A DNA stretch of 64,000 nt, taken from positions 32,001-96,000 of the IMG/VR virus record IMGVR_UViG_3300021961_000026; one strand, 5' to 3'. The notes under the pieces were generated by a model, which had not been told where the DNA came from, did not search any database, and worked only from the letters and a program-made list of their open reading frames with translations. Each line of letters begins with the position of its first letter. Positions within the stretch are counted from its first letter, which is position 1. Positions 29,625-40,500 of the stretch are shown here, piece by piece. The stretch comes from a virus. The position numbers and the translations under genes were made by a program.

Positions 29625-29991
29625 TCTTGAGAAATCATTTCAAAAACTTCTCAGGGATTGGGGCTATGATGTTTATATACAAAGAAAAATGGCAAACGGA
29701 AACTACTCTAATCAATTAGAAAGAGTGACTACAAGAAGCGTTTTCCAAAATGGAAGAATTAATACTCAAGCAAAACAAGAGCAACAAGAGGGTATCGAAA
29801 TAAATTCTGAGGTTGTTTATTATTTTGAATCAAACATAAATCCTCAAGAAGGTGATAGGATTTATGAAACGCTCCCAAATGCACACAGCAAACAAACCAT
29901 TTACGTTATAGATACAGCCTCTCCCAACAGGGGAAGAATGGGAAGAATAAGCTTTTGGACCGTTGGAGCAAGTAAGGAAAAACAGGTTTAA
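29617..29991 (+). CDS. head closure/stopper-like protein
   Basis: 124 aa; YYFES.INPQEGDRIYE; position in neck module. Confidence 0.55.
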   Translation: MINLEKSFQKLLRDWGYDVYIQRKMANGNYSNQLERVTTRSVFQNGRINTQAKQEQQEGIEINSEVVYYFESNINPQEGDRIYETLPNAHSKQTIYVIDTASPNRGRMGRISFWTVGASKEKQV

Positions 29992-29992
29992 A

Positions 29993-31591
29993 ATGTTAAT
30001 AGTTAAAAAGAATCAACAAATTAAGTTTAGGTTGATCTTTGTTGCAGATGGAGAAAATTATGACCCAACTGCGGAACCAATTCCTCAAGATGTTGTTGTT
30101 TCTGTATTAAGAGCTGAAACATTGGCTGGAGCTATCGTTACTACTCCAGTTTCATATTTATATAATAGTGCAACTCCAGATATTTCAAAGTATATTACAA
30201 AACACGTTAGTAAAGAATTTACATTTCACTATACAGTTCCAGAAAATATATTTCCAGGAATTTATACGGTAGTAGCAAAAACAGTTAAAGATTCAGTTGA
30301 TTTAGTTATCGAGTCTAGATTTGAAGTAAAAGAAGACGCATATGAACCACTACCTACAGTTCCACTTGGAAATAGGTCAAGCACCATAACCTATAGGCCT
30401 TCATATGAAGACATTAATCAATCAAATACTAATTCTATTTTATTGATAGGTCATGCAGATAATCTTAAGCTAAACAATCCAATAAAAATTAAATCAATGC
30501 AAACAGCGGTTGATTTACTGGGGGCAGATATAACAAGCCCCCTTTTAAGGGGCGTATTTGATGCCTACACGGCAGGTGCAAGAGATATCTTCATATGTGC
30601 TGCTGCTCCAATGTCTGAATATGTAGATAATTTTTCTGATAGAAATACTCCATACGATTACTTGGGCGCATACTATCCCACGCCTACTGCAATAACATTT
30701 TATCAAAGATATTATGATAGATTGCAAACAACATATTCAGTTATTAAAGAATTAGATTATATAGATGTTATAGTTCCGTTGGAAACAAGTTTTATTAGGA
30801 CTAATTCTGTTGATTTTCTTACACAGTTAGTTAATCACTGTAGAGACTTCCATGATTATACTGGCTATGTGCAAATGGGAATTATTGGCACTAGATCAGA
30901 AGGTGTAAGTTCTGATGATATTGACTTGATGGAAGCTAATGTAAATCTGAAAGATAAATATACTACTTACTCTGCAGGAACAAATAATGTATCTTCAGAT
31001 AAGGGCAGATATGTTATACCAATTTATGGAGAGGCAACATTCTCTCATACAGTACAGCAGCTGACTTATGTTTCGTCTGTAGCGGCTGCATATGCAGGAC
31101 TATTAGTTTCAAGTCCAATGAGCATGTCTTTAATTAGAAAAAGACTTCCAGGAGCTATGTCACTTCTTGGAGACAATCTAACTACATCTGAAACAAATAG
31201 GCTGGATACTCTTGGGGTTAATGCAGTATATAGAGGAAATAAGGCAAGAAGAGGAAATCCTTTTGAGGTATATGTTACTAATGATTATACTTTAGCTAAT
31301 AAAAATTCTGTTTTTTCTAAAACGCCTCAAATGAGATTGGTTTCTTTATTGGCATCAGAAGTAAAGGGTTATGGATATGATGCTATTGGAAAATTTGGTT
31401 ACGATAAAGTTGTGTCAAATGTAAGAGCATTACTTGAATATCTAAAGGGTTCAAAGACTATTGTTGACTATGACTTTAAAGCAAAAGTTTCAGAAACAGA
31501 TAAAGGGGTAATTTACCTTTATATAAACATGGTTTCATCTCTTGGTCTTAAAACGGTAAATCTTTCTTTGGCAGCAGGACCAGGAGCATAA
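29993..31591 (+). CDS. tail sheath-like protein with N-terminal Ig-like domain
   Basis: LLRGVFDAYTAGARDIF, LDTLGVNAVY, sheath-type C-terminus; start ATG29993. Confidence 0.6.
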   Translation: MLIVKKNQQIKFRLIFVADGENYDPTAEPIPQDVVVSVLRAETLAGAIVTTPVSYLYNSATPDISKYITKHVSKEFTFHYTVPENIFPGIYTVVAKTVKDSVDLVIESRFEVKEDAYEPLPTVPLGNRSSTITYRPSYEDINQSNTNSILLIGHADNLKLNNPIKIKSMQTAVDLLGADITSPLLRGVFDAYTAGARDIFICAAAPMSEYVDNFSDRNTPYDYLGAYYPTPTAITFYQRYYDRLQTTYSVIKELDYIDVIVPLETSFIRTNSVDFLTQLVNHCRDFHDYTGYVQMGIIGTRSEGVSSDDIDLMEANVNLKDKYTTYSAGTNNVSSDKGRYVIPIYGEATFSHTVQQLTYVSSVAAAYAGLLVSSPMSMSLIRKRLPGAMSLLGDNLTTSETNRLDTLGVNAVYRGNKARRGNPFEVYVTNDYTLANKNSVFSKTPQMRLVSLLASEVKGYGYDAIGKFGYDKVVSNVRALLEYLKGSKTIVDYDFKAKVSETDKGVIYLYINMVSSLGLKTVNLSLAAGPGA

Positions 31592-31592
31592 A

Positions 31593-32432
31593 ATGTTTAA
31601 TGTAAATAGAGAAATTCAAAACGGTGGAAATCAATGGCAGTGGAAAAGGGGAATGCCAGAGTTTGGTATAGAGCCAGTATTTAGTAAGTTAAAATTTGGA
31701 GAACCATTACAAGCAGAAGGCAATTTAACTTATCTCGAATTTGTTGCAGCAGTAAAAGCTTTATGGGAACAATCATTTCCAAAGTATCCAATTAAGCCTT
31801 CTTCAAGCGGCGATAATGCCTTTACTTGGTATGATCCAGATTTCTTAGATCCAGTAACCGGAGAAACAATTGGTGGCTGGAGACCAACTGAAGCAATAAT
31901 AACTTATTCTTTAGAATTAAGAAAAACTCACACTGTTGAACCAAAGCCTAAAATGAGGTTTACTTACCCTAAGGATAAGATAACAATATATGGCCAGAGG
32001 TTTCAAAATATCGTAGCCTTTAATGCCATAGCCCCAGTCACAAAGATGATGGGAAATAATGAAAATTCTATTACAGATGACCACGATAGTGCGTACTTAG
32101 TTGAATCTTTAATTGAGGCCTTTGAAGATTTTATGATGGAATATACCCCAGTCTTTAAAAGAATAGGCGCCTCAGAATTAGTTTATTCTAGAAGGCTTTC
32201 AGACTCAGAGGTCAATAGGCAGTCAAATGACGTTCATAAGAGAACTGTTACATATATGTTAACGACTGAAAAGCTTTTCGGGGCAGAAATTAATACAATT
32301 GATCAAATTGCCCTTGATCTTAGAACATATATGTCAGTTGAGCCAGAAATCTTAATTCCTGCTACTCCTAATTATGATAACTATGAGTTAAATATAGTTG
32401 ACCTAGAACAGACAGCTACTCCAAATATATAA
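31593..32432 (+). CDS. tail completion/terminator-like protein
   Basis: Immediately upstream of sheath; GQRFQNIVAF, FEDFMMEYT..FK..G. Confidence 0.5.
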   Translation: MFNVNREIQNGGNQWQWKRGMPEFGIEPVFSKLKFGEPLQAEGNLTYLEFVAAVKALWEQSFPKYPIKPSSSGDNAFTWYDPDFLDPVTGETIGGWRPTEAIITYSLELRKTHTVEPKPKMRFTYPKDKITIYGQRFQNIVAFNAIAPVTKMMGNNENSITDDHDSAYLVESLIEAFEDFMMEYTPVFKRIGASELVYSRRLSDSEVNRQSNDVHKRTVTYMLTTEKLFGAEINTIDQIALDLRTYMSVEPEILIPATPNYDNYELNIVDLEQTATPNI

Positions 32433-32547
32433 CTTTAATTATATAAAATAGATACTATGATCATTTGTGTAAGTTATTTTTATAAGTTACTTGTTACTAT
32501 TACATGAGATAAACCAACAAACGCTTAGTCGGAGGTTCAAAAATAAG

Positions 32548-33801
32548 ATGGCTATACCTGGCGTAACAACCCTAATTAGAGATCGCTTTTACAGCATTTC
32601 TCGTCAAGATGCACCTGTTGGTCCAAAGATTGTGGCTATAGCCAAAAGATCATCTGGCGCAACTTCCGCATCTAGCGTACAAGACCTTGACGTAGTTCAG
32701 GCTACAACTGAAAAAGACGTTATTGACGTTTTCGGTGATGGTTCTGACCTTCATAAGGCTTTTCTAGAATTAGTATCAGCAGGAGCACAAAGAGTATTCC
32801 TTGTGCCACTTCCTTCAGATACTGTATTCAGTGATTCAGCTGGAACTATTACCAGTTCATCATTTGGTGGCACAGCTGCAGAGCTACTAGACGCAGCTTT
32901 CGCAGCTGCAGAGTCAGTCCTTCCAGATGTTATTGTTCCTTGGGGCAGAGGTGGAAATTCAACAGACTGGAATGGAACAGCAACTCCAAACACCAATGCA
33001 ATTGGCTTCTTTGCCAATAACTCTTCAACAGTTGCTAATAGCTGGGCATATAAGATCGGCGTAAAAGTAAAAGATATTGCAACTAATACACATCCATGTG
33101 TTGCAGTTCTTGGTGTTGCTCCATATGATGATGGAAGCAATGAGTCAATGACTCCAGCTCAAGCTAATACTCACCTTGGTCTTAGCGCACTTGCTTCAAA
33201 AGAAGATTCAACAATGAAAGAAGTTGGACCATACGTCGTTATTGTTGCATCTGAAGTGAAGCCAGTCAACTACGAATCAAATGGTGTTAATTTCGGTTAT
33301 GCTAATGGCGCAGCAGCACTTGCTGCAACAATGAGTAAACTTTCATCATACTCAGCAATTACGAATAAGCCATTGTACAATGTGCAGGCTCTTCGTTATG
33401 CGCCAACAAGAACTCAGCAAGAGACCTTGACTGGTAAGGGCGTTAACTGTGTTGTCCTTAACTTTAATAAGGTTGCAGTTTTTGGCGATGGAGTAACCTT
33501 TGCGGCGTCTGCATCTGACTTTGTTAGACTTTCAACAAAGAGAATAGTTGATGACGCAGCAAATCTTGTTCGTCAAGCAACACAAAAGTTTATTGGAGAA
33601 GCTTCCAGTGTCCAGATGAGAAACTCAATGGAAACTGCAATCTCTTCAGCTCTACGAGGCATGCAACTATTAGGTGCCATCTTGGAAAGTGATTTTAACG
33701 TAACTTATATCCCAAGTCAAAATAAGGCGATTGTAGACCTCGTTGTAACACCTGCATTTGAACTCAAGTCAATTGAGGTGCAGATAGCCATTAACATATA
33801 A
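32548..33801 (+). CDS. contractile tail sheath protein
   Basis: GGAGG SD, MAIPGV start, RLSTKRIVD...FIGE, VDLVVTPAFELKSIEV. Confidence 0.85.
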   Translation: MAIPGVTTLIRDRFYSISRQDAPVGPKIVAIAKRSSGATSASSVQDLDVVQATTEKDVIDVFGDGSDLHKAFLELVSAGAQRVFLVPLPSDTVFSDSAGTITSSSFGGTAAELLDAAFAAAESVLPDVIVPWGRGGNSTDWNGTATPNTNAIGFFANNSSTVANSWAYKIGVKVKDIATNTHPCVAVLGVAPYDDGSNESMTPAQANTHLGLSALASKEDSTMKEVGPYVVIVASEVKPVNYESNGVNFGYANGAAALAATMSKLSSYSAITNKPLYNVQALRYAPTRTQQETLTGKGVNCVVLNFNKVAVFGDGVTFAASASDFVRLSTKRIVDDAANLVRQATQKFIGEASSVQMRNSMETAISSALRGMQLLGAILESDFNVTYIPSQNKAIVDLVVTPAFELKSIEVQIAINI

Positions 33802-33826
33802 TTAACCGACTGGAGGGTAATAAACA

Positions 33827-34519
33827 ATGGCAGATTCAGACCAACTACCGGTAAATAAGTACCTTAATACTTATACCACATTTTCTGGTGCAGATATTGT
33901 AGCCACTTTTGGTGGCGTTGAAATTGGCGCACTTTCAGGCATCACCTTCTCTGTAACAAGAGAAAAGGCTCCCATTTACACAATGGGTTCACCAAATCCT
34001 CGTTCCTTCTCAAGAGGTAAAAGAGGCATCGCTGGCTCACTGATTTTCACTGTCTTTGATCGCCCAGCTCTTTATACAATGCTAGATAAGCATTACAGCA
34101 ATACTTCATCAGCAATGCACTATTACACAAGAGCTCACAACACTCTTCCTGGTGATGGTGCAGCTTCGGCTGGTAGAGGTATTCCAGGAATTGGTTCAGA
34201 ACTTGGTTGGACCAAGGACGTAGTAAAGAAAGTTCCTTACTATGCTGACCAAATTCCACCATTTGACATTACAGTTACATTTGTTAATGAATATGGTAAT
34301 GCTGCAGCAAGATCAATCTATGGCGTAGAGCTTCTCAACGAAGGTTCTGGTGCTTCAATGGACGACATCGTCATTGAAGAAACTATGACTTATGTTGCTA
34401 GAGAACTCGGTCCAATGTATGCAATAAACATTGATAAGTCAAATGATCAAACATTGGCTCAGTCAATTGAAGACATTGGCGTTAAGACTGGTCTAAAGAC
34501 TGGAATCATTCGTCCATAA
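33827..34519 (+). CDS. tail tube protein
   Basis: TFSGADIVA, REKAPIYTMG, RGKRGIAGSLIF, DQIPPFDIT; follows sheath, precedes terminator. Confidence 0.8.
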   Translation: MADSDQLPVNKYLNTYTTFSGADIVATFGGVEIGALSGITFSVTREKAPIYTMGSPNPRSFSRGKRGIAGSLIFTVFDRPALYTMLDKHYSNTSSAMHYYTRAHNTLPGDGAASAGRGIPGIGSELGWTKDVVKKVPYYADQIPPFDITVTFVNEYGNAAARSIYGVELLNEGSGASMDDIVIEETMTYVARELGPMYAINIDKSNDQTLAQSIEDIGVKTGLKTGIIRP

Positions 34520-34537
34520 TTTATTTGGATAAGTAAG

Positions 34538-34580
34538 TGATGGTGCACGGGAGCTTGTCTTTCGTGCACCATTCTTTTTT
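34538..34580 (+). terminator. Rho-independent terminator after tube gene
   Basis: ATGGTGCACG...CGTGCACCAT stem followed by TCTTTTTT. Confidence 0.85.
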
Positions 34581-34593
34581 ATAGGAGGCTATT

Positions 34594-35307
34594 TTGCCAG
34601 TAGTAAATGCTCAAAAAACTCAAGCTACAGCCAGTAACTTGACTGACAATATTAGCAACTCACCATTAGCCAACATGTCATATTCTGGTGCAGACATTGT
34701 AGCTACAATGATAATACCAATTATTGGTCAAGATGGAAAAATACAAAGCACTGGAGATGTTATTGAGCTTGGTGACCTTCAAACTGTATCTTACTCTATT
34801 CACAGAGAAAATACTCCAATAAGGACTTTAGGCCACTCAAATGTAAGAGGTTTCGTTAAAGGTTCTAGAACTATTGCTGGATCACTAATATTTACAGTAT
34901 TTCATGAGTACGCTTTTTATAAAATTAAACAATATAAAAATTACTTAGCTGATAGCAAAGGTTTTTTTGCTCCACTAGCAGACATGTTACCTCCATTTGA
35001 TATTGTATTTACATTCTTCAATGAATATGGTGTTGCCTCCAAGATGAAGATATTCGGCATTACTATAGTAGATGAAGGCCAAACCATGTCGATTGATGAC
35101 TTAATTACCGAACAAACATACACATACATGGCAAGAGGTATTCAACCAATGGTGCACATGGTTGGAGAAAAAGAAAAGATGGCCTACGCACAGGATCAGC
35201 AAAATATAGCTGACCAAATTAATAAAAATATATTTGGTGACGATGAATCTGGAAATCAAATATCAACACTTTATAATAATTTTATAGATGAAGTTACAAC
35301 CTTTTAA
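34594..35307 (+). CDS. tail tube paralog 2
   Basis: SYSGADIVA, RTIAGSLIFTVF, DMLPPFDI, shared with the 33827 ORF. Confidence 0.75.
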   Translation: MPVVNAQKTQATASNLTDNISNSPLANMSYSGADIVATMIIPIIGQDGKIQSTGDVIELGDLQTVSYSIHRENTPIRTLGHSNVRGFVKGSRTIAGSLIFTVFHEYAFYKIKQYKNYLADSKGFFAPLADMLPPFDIVFTFFNEYGVASKMKIFGITIVDEGQTMSIDDLITEQTYTYMARGIQPMVHMVGEKEKMAYAQDQQNIADQINKNIFGDDESGNQISTLYNNFIDEVTTF

Positions 35308-35316
35308 GGAAAATTT

Positions 35317-36312
35317 GTGACAGAGCAAATGCGATTTAATCCGCTAAATGCAAAACTAGATCAGGTTTGGGCTGGTGGATCTCAATCTTATGAAACAGAT
35401 AAAAGATTTAGTAATTATTACGATTACTACTTTGCTGGCGAAGATATTAAAGTATATATCGATCCACTTTTTAGTCAGGATAATGAATTAGATATAGCAT
35501 CTTTTTCCTATGTTATTAAACAGGAAAAGCAACCACTATATGGATTTTGGTCATATAACTATGACACCATGCTTATGGGCACCAGATTAATCACTGGAGA
35601 GTTTACCGTATTTACAAGATCTCCAAGAAGAATGACCGAATTGATTGAGGCCGCAACAGAAGCAAGAGTCCTAGATCCTAATCCTAAAAATTTTGGTGGG
35701 GTATTTTCTTCATTAAGAAGAGGAAAATATACATCAGTCGATGAAGCGGGTATGAGAAAAGAATTGTACTCATCAGAAGCTGATGAAAAAAACCTACAGA
35801 AGTATTGGGGATATTCTCAGTTAGATAGAATTACTGAAGATCCATTTATTAAAAATGTTAAAGATTCAAATAGAAATATTTTTAGTGCTCACCCACCATT
35901 TAACTTTGTTGTTCTTTATGGGGCCCAGGAAGCCTCGCTTAGTCCAATGAATTACACTTCTTCAGTAGGAAGAGAAATAGACAATCTAGACAGAATGATC
36001 GCTTCGGATACAAACGAAAGAATGGTCAAGCTAGATAACGTTATTAGTCCTATGAAGATAGTTCTTCAAGAAGTTAATTTAATTTCTATGGCTACAATGT
36101 ATTCACCTGGTGGCCAACCAGTCGCTGAGAATTATCAATTTATAGCAAGAGACACCTATATGACAGAAGGTGATCTTGGCTTTACTAAGAGCATGATTAC
36201 ATCAGTTACATCTGATGCCGAGGACGCTGCATCTGAAATACAAAAAGATGGAGAAGGAAATGCTGAGCAGAGAAGAACCAATTTAACTAATGGTAAGGCT
36301 CAGTATCTATAA
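35317..36312 (+). CDS. tail tube paralog 3 / tube initiator-like
   Basis: YFAGEDIKV, QEKQPLYG, GTRLITGEFTV, HPPFNF, YQFIARD. Confidence 0.6.
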   Translation: MTEQMRFNPLNAKLDQVWAGGSQSYETDKRFSNYYDYYFAGEDIKVYIDPLFSQDNELDIASFSYVIKQEKQPLYGFWSYNYDTMLMGTRLITGEFTVFTRSPRRMTELIEAATEARVLDPNPKNFGGVFSSLRRGKYTSVDEAGMRKELYSSEADEKNLQKYWGYSQLDRITEDPFIKNVKDSNRNIFSAHPPFNFVVLYGAQEASLSPMNYTSSVGREIDNLDRMIASDTNERMVKLDNVISPMKIVLQEVNLISMATMYSPGGQPVAENYQFIARDTYMTEGDLGFTKSMITSVTSDAEDAASEIQKDGEGNAEQRRTNLTNGKAQYL

Positions 36313-36317
36313 TATAT

Positions 36318-36346
36318 TTGATTTAAATATCAAATAAATGTATAAT
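36318..36346 (+). promoter_or_regulatory. sigma70-type promoter TTGATT-17-TATAAT
   Basis: Spacing 17, upstream of the chaperone genes. Confidence 0.55.
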
Positions 36347-36375
36347 GTTATGATCAACGTTGAATAAGGAGAATT

Positions 36376-36876
36376 ATGTCAGAAAAAAGAAAGGTGGTTG
36401 TTTCTAGCAACCCCGAACTAGCACAAAGCTTAGAGGCTGAAGAAGCCTATACTGCAGCTGTTGTAGAAGAAGACTATCAAGACGAAGAGCCAGTTAATAG
36501 AGTTGAAGATCTTCCAGATGAGCAAGAGATTTGGGAAGATGGCCCAACCGCTGGCATGGTCAAGCAGTGGAAAGAACAATTTGGTGATGTTTATGTTACA
36601 TCAATTTCTTTTGATAAACACATTGCATGGCGTGTTCTGACACGCGCAGAATATAAAGGTATTGTAAAGAAGATGGAGCAAATGATTCAAGCTGGAACAC
36701 TTTCTTCAGCTGAGGCTAATATGTGGAACGAAGAGGCTATTTCAGATCTATGCATATTGTATCCAGAATTGGATAGATCAGAGATGAATGGGATTATGGC
36801 TGGAGTTCCTTCACTAATTGCCCAGGAAGTGCTAGAGGCTTCTGGTTTCGTAGCATTGGAAGTTCGTCAGCTTTAA
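36376..36876 (+). CDS. tail assembly chaperone 1
   Basis: WKEQFGDVY, WRVLTRAEY, GVPSLIAQEVLEASGF; between tube genes and tape-measure-like gene. Confidence 0.7.
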   Translation: MSEKRKVVVSSNPELAQSLEAEEAYTAAVVEEDYQDEEPVNRVEDLPDEQEIWEDGPTAGMVKQWKEQFGDVYVTSISFDKHIAWRVLTRAEYKGIVKKMEQMIQAGTLSSAEANMWNEEAISDLCILYPELDRSEMNGIMAGVPSLIAQEVLEASGFVALEVRQL

Positions 36877-36880
36877 AAAA

Positions 36881-37507
36881 ATGGAACCAGAAAAATTATA
36901 CGAGCTTAAAAAAAATTATGGCTCTGTATTTACAGCAACAGTAAAAAATACTGAAATTGTATTTAGGGAGCTAACATTTAGCGAGTTTGATAAAATTGCT
37001 GAGTATCAAAATTCGGAGGACTATTCTTCGGTAGATACTGAGGATATAATTATTAAATGTGCCGTCGTACATCCTGATGATTTTAATATTGATAAAATAC
37101 CACCAGGAATAGTTGCATCTTTAGCTAAGCAAATAATAGATTTTTCTGGTTTTTATTCCGCTAAACTAGCAAAATATATCCTTGAAGAAAAAAGGGATCA
37201 CGCTAATCAAGTCAGAAGCTTAATGAAAGCCTTTGTTTTAGCTACTATAACATCATATTCTCCGGAACAATTGGATGATATGACGTTTTCTCAGCTGGCT
37301 GAAAAAGTCGCTCTTTCAGAAAAGATTATAGAAATTAAGCAGGCTATCAATGGAATTCAATCTACTGATTTAAAGCTAGAACTAATAGATCCAGAAGAAG
37401 AGCAAGAAAAGCAAAAGCAAAAAGCTGCTCGTCACAATCTTTCCAAGAAAGAAGGAGAAGCAGAGTACGATGACCCTATTGCTCAAAAACTTTGGGGTAT
37501 GCGTTAA
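36881..37507 (+). CDS. tail assembly chaperone 2 (paralog)
   Basis: LKKNYGSVF, FRELTFSEF, PGIVASLAKQIIDFSGF. Confidence 0.65.
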   Translation: MEPEKLYELKKNYGSVFTATVKNTEIVFRELTFSEFDKIAEYQNSEDYSSVDTEDIIIKCAVVHPDDFNIDKIPPGIVASLAKQIIDFSGFYSAKLAKYILEEKRDHANQVRSLMKAFVLATITSYSPEQLDDMTFSQLAEKVALSEKIIEIKQAINGIQSTDLKLELIDPEEEQEKQKQKAARHNLSKKEGEAEYDDPIAQKLWGMR

Positions 37508-37526
37508 ATATAAAGAGGAGTAAACC

Positions 37527-40500
37527 TTGATAAGAGATCGTGGGCCTATCAATAATTTAGGCTATGGTATTACATCTAGGGATCTTCCTTTTAATGAAGG
37601 AGAAACAGAGGGTGTTTCTCGCGATAGTGGTTATGTATCTAAAGCGCTTGATGGTCATCCCGTCATGCGCTTTTTTGCGCATACAGCAGCTTCTATGGCG
37701 GTTGCTGGAGTTATTGGAGCTGGTCTTAAAAAAGGTGGATTAAAGTTAACGGAAAAACTCCAAGAAAAATTATCCACAACAACCATTAAAGATATTGGAC
37801 AAATAAGAAAGCATCTAGATGAACTTCAAGGTGTAAAAAGACATATTGAGGGAGTTAATGATCCCTATGAAGCATTAGTATTTAGAGATAAAGATTCAGG
37901 TGAACTAACAACAGGTTATCTTGGTAGAGATAGTGAAGTTCATAGGGGGCTTTATTTAACCAGTGATGAAATTCAACAAGCTGGAAGAGGACTAACCTCA
38001 GAACCCGCTGCTGTATGGTCACTTAAAGATGATATTCAAAAGAAAATTATTAGAGCCGGAAGAAGAATGCCGTACGAGCTTCCAGCTCTTTATATATCCC
38101 AAAGGGGATTGAGTGACCAGGTATTTGGTGAGGGAGAAAATAAAAGAAAATTAAATTGGTATAACCCAGCTGATGTTATCTCTGATTTTGTCAAAACATC
38201 AGTATCAAATGTTGCTACTATGGTTTTACCATTTGAGGTAGCTGGAGCAGGGGCTTCCGCAGGCAAAAGGTCATTGAGCACCTTTAAAAACTCAATGCAA
38301 CACCTCAATGAGCTAAGTCCCATAAAACAAAAAAGCTATAAAGGATTTGTTGATTTAACAGAGTTGCTCGGAGAAGTCGGTCACGATCTAGCTTCTTTGT
38401 CAAATAGATTTTTACGAACAGCATCTCAAACATCAGGAGCATTTAACGCAGCCGCAAATGCTTTAGCTGAACAACCCAGAATAGTCGACTCTTTACATAA
38501 AGCCCGTTTTGGCATGAAAGAAGCCAGAAGAAGGTCTGTGCAAGCACAGGAGAGTCAACTCAAACGTGCTGGGCAAATGGCCAAAGGTTTTGCTTTTGGT
38601 ATTGATGATGAATATGGTGCACTCGATGCAATCCCTGCATTTAGAGGTTTAACTCAAGCAGTTAAAAAAGGTCGCCAAGAATTTAAGTTATTTGGTCAAG
38701 GCTATGACGCTGTACAAAGTTCAGTAAAATACAATCAATTGCTCTCATCTGGAGTTTCTAGAGACGAACTTCAAAGGGCGATGAATACTATTCAGTCACA
38801 GTATTCAAGTAGATTTTCTAAACTATCTAGTCAAGTTGCAATATTGGGTGGCGGTGGTCCTGGAGACAAGTCTTTTAATAGATCTGATTTTTCTCTGGGA
38901 CAACAGCAAACTGAATATAAAAAGCTCCTAGCAAGAAATCTAGAAAGAAAAGGTTTAACTACAGAAGAGGCAGAATCTTTTGCTACACAACTAAGAGTAG
39001 TTGGATTGACAAAAGGTACAGATCCAACAAATATTGTTTCAATAGGAAGAAACAAAATAACCGCTGAAGGCGACGAATATTATAGGCAGATGATAGATCG
39101 CTTTAAGGGCGTTAAGGGTGGAAAGGACCTGGCTGAAAAGTTTAATGCTTTAGCAGGCACATCGTCTAGTTCAGAAGCATTCCTTAGAAATATTATTGAA
39201 GACTCAAATGCTCAGTTCTTCTCTAAAGAATTTCAAACTCTTACAAAAAACAAAATAGCTAATCAATGGAATTCTTTTTATAGAGGTGATTTAGTAGATA
39301 TAGCTTCTAGTTTTTTAAAGCCACAGAAAGCATTGTTTCATGATTTTGTCGGCCCATTAGGACCAGGTAAGCAAGAGTTTTTACAGAGAAAAACTGCACA
39401 ATCATTAGGCTTAAAATTAAAAGATTCAACTGGCAATATTGTTTCAAACGATATAGTCAAAGGCCATCTAGCAAAAAAGGGCTATGATCCAAACAATTTT
39501 GTTCAACTAAGATCATTCTTAATTGAACGAAATAAAATGAGTTCTGGAATATTTAATAGCGGATTTAATTTATTTGGTCTTAAACCCATGCTTCTAGATG
39601 AGGCAATATCTAGTGGTAGATTCCAATCTAAGAATGCAAATGAGCAAAAAGTTATTGGTGATTTAGCCAAGAGAATGGCCCTAAATGATCCAGTATCTAA
39701 AAGTATTGGTCTAACTAGATTAGATGGAGTTTACAAAACTAGATCAGGAAATGTTCTTGATTTTAGTTCAATAAAGAAAACTTTTGCGGGAGTCGCTGAC
39801 TTCTTTGCTAGTGAATTTCATATACCAATAGTTAAGTTAAATGTAGCGGATCTATTTGGTTATAGATCATTTTCAGAAATTGCTAGGAGAGGACCTCTTC
39901 AGTATTCTCCAGGCATGACAGTTCAACCATTTGGTGATTTAGCAAAAACAAAATCTGATTTTCATATATGGCATAGCACTGGTGGATTTTTAGGAACAAA
40001 AGGAAAGGTCAGTACATACTCAACAGATAGTTTTTCTGGTGCAGTGTATGGAAATGAGTTAACTGGAACATATAGGCCTGTTCCCACCAATAGTACAGAG
40101 ATGTTTTCTCGTCATGCAAGACTTTCTTCTGGAATGGCTGGTGAAGCTAGTTATGATATATCTGGTAGCTCAGGATCAAAGTTCTTAGATTTTGTATTAG
40201 GGAATTCTCAAAGAGCTAGGGGATTTAAAAATGCTATGGCGATAGATGCCGAGCAGCCCAACTCTTTATTTGGTTTAGGTAAAAGATTTCTATCAAGAAA
40301 TAGAGATATTAATAATCCAAGAGTATTAGGAAAATTAATTTCTGGAGAAGAAGTAAGATATAAATCTGGAACCACCTATAAAACTATGAAGTTAGATGTA
40401 GGTGGAAATGGCCTACGAGTTATAGACGATGCAGGAAATGCAGTAGCTGGCATAGAAGAATCAGATATATTAAGAGCATATAATTCTGTTAGAAAGCAAT

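Larger units (their letters stand above)
1123..32500 (+). promoter_or_regulatory. dispersed TACTAT motif, putative phage late promoter (1123, 3980, 7591, 16432, 28247, 28690, 32453, 32495)
   Basis: Intergenic; six copies lie 36-39 nt before a start codon. Confidence 0.7.

Noticed and set aside
32491-32547. In-frame CGG-A in the track's extended sheath N-terminus
   Set aside because: It lies upstream of the real start ATG32548 and is part of the GGAGG Shine-Dalgarno sequence, so it is not translated and is not a counter-example.
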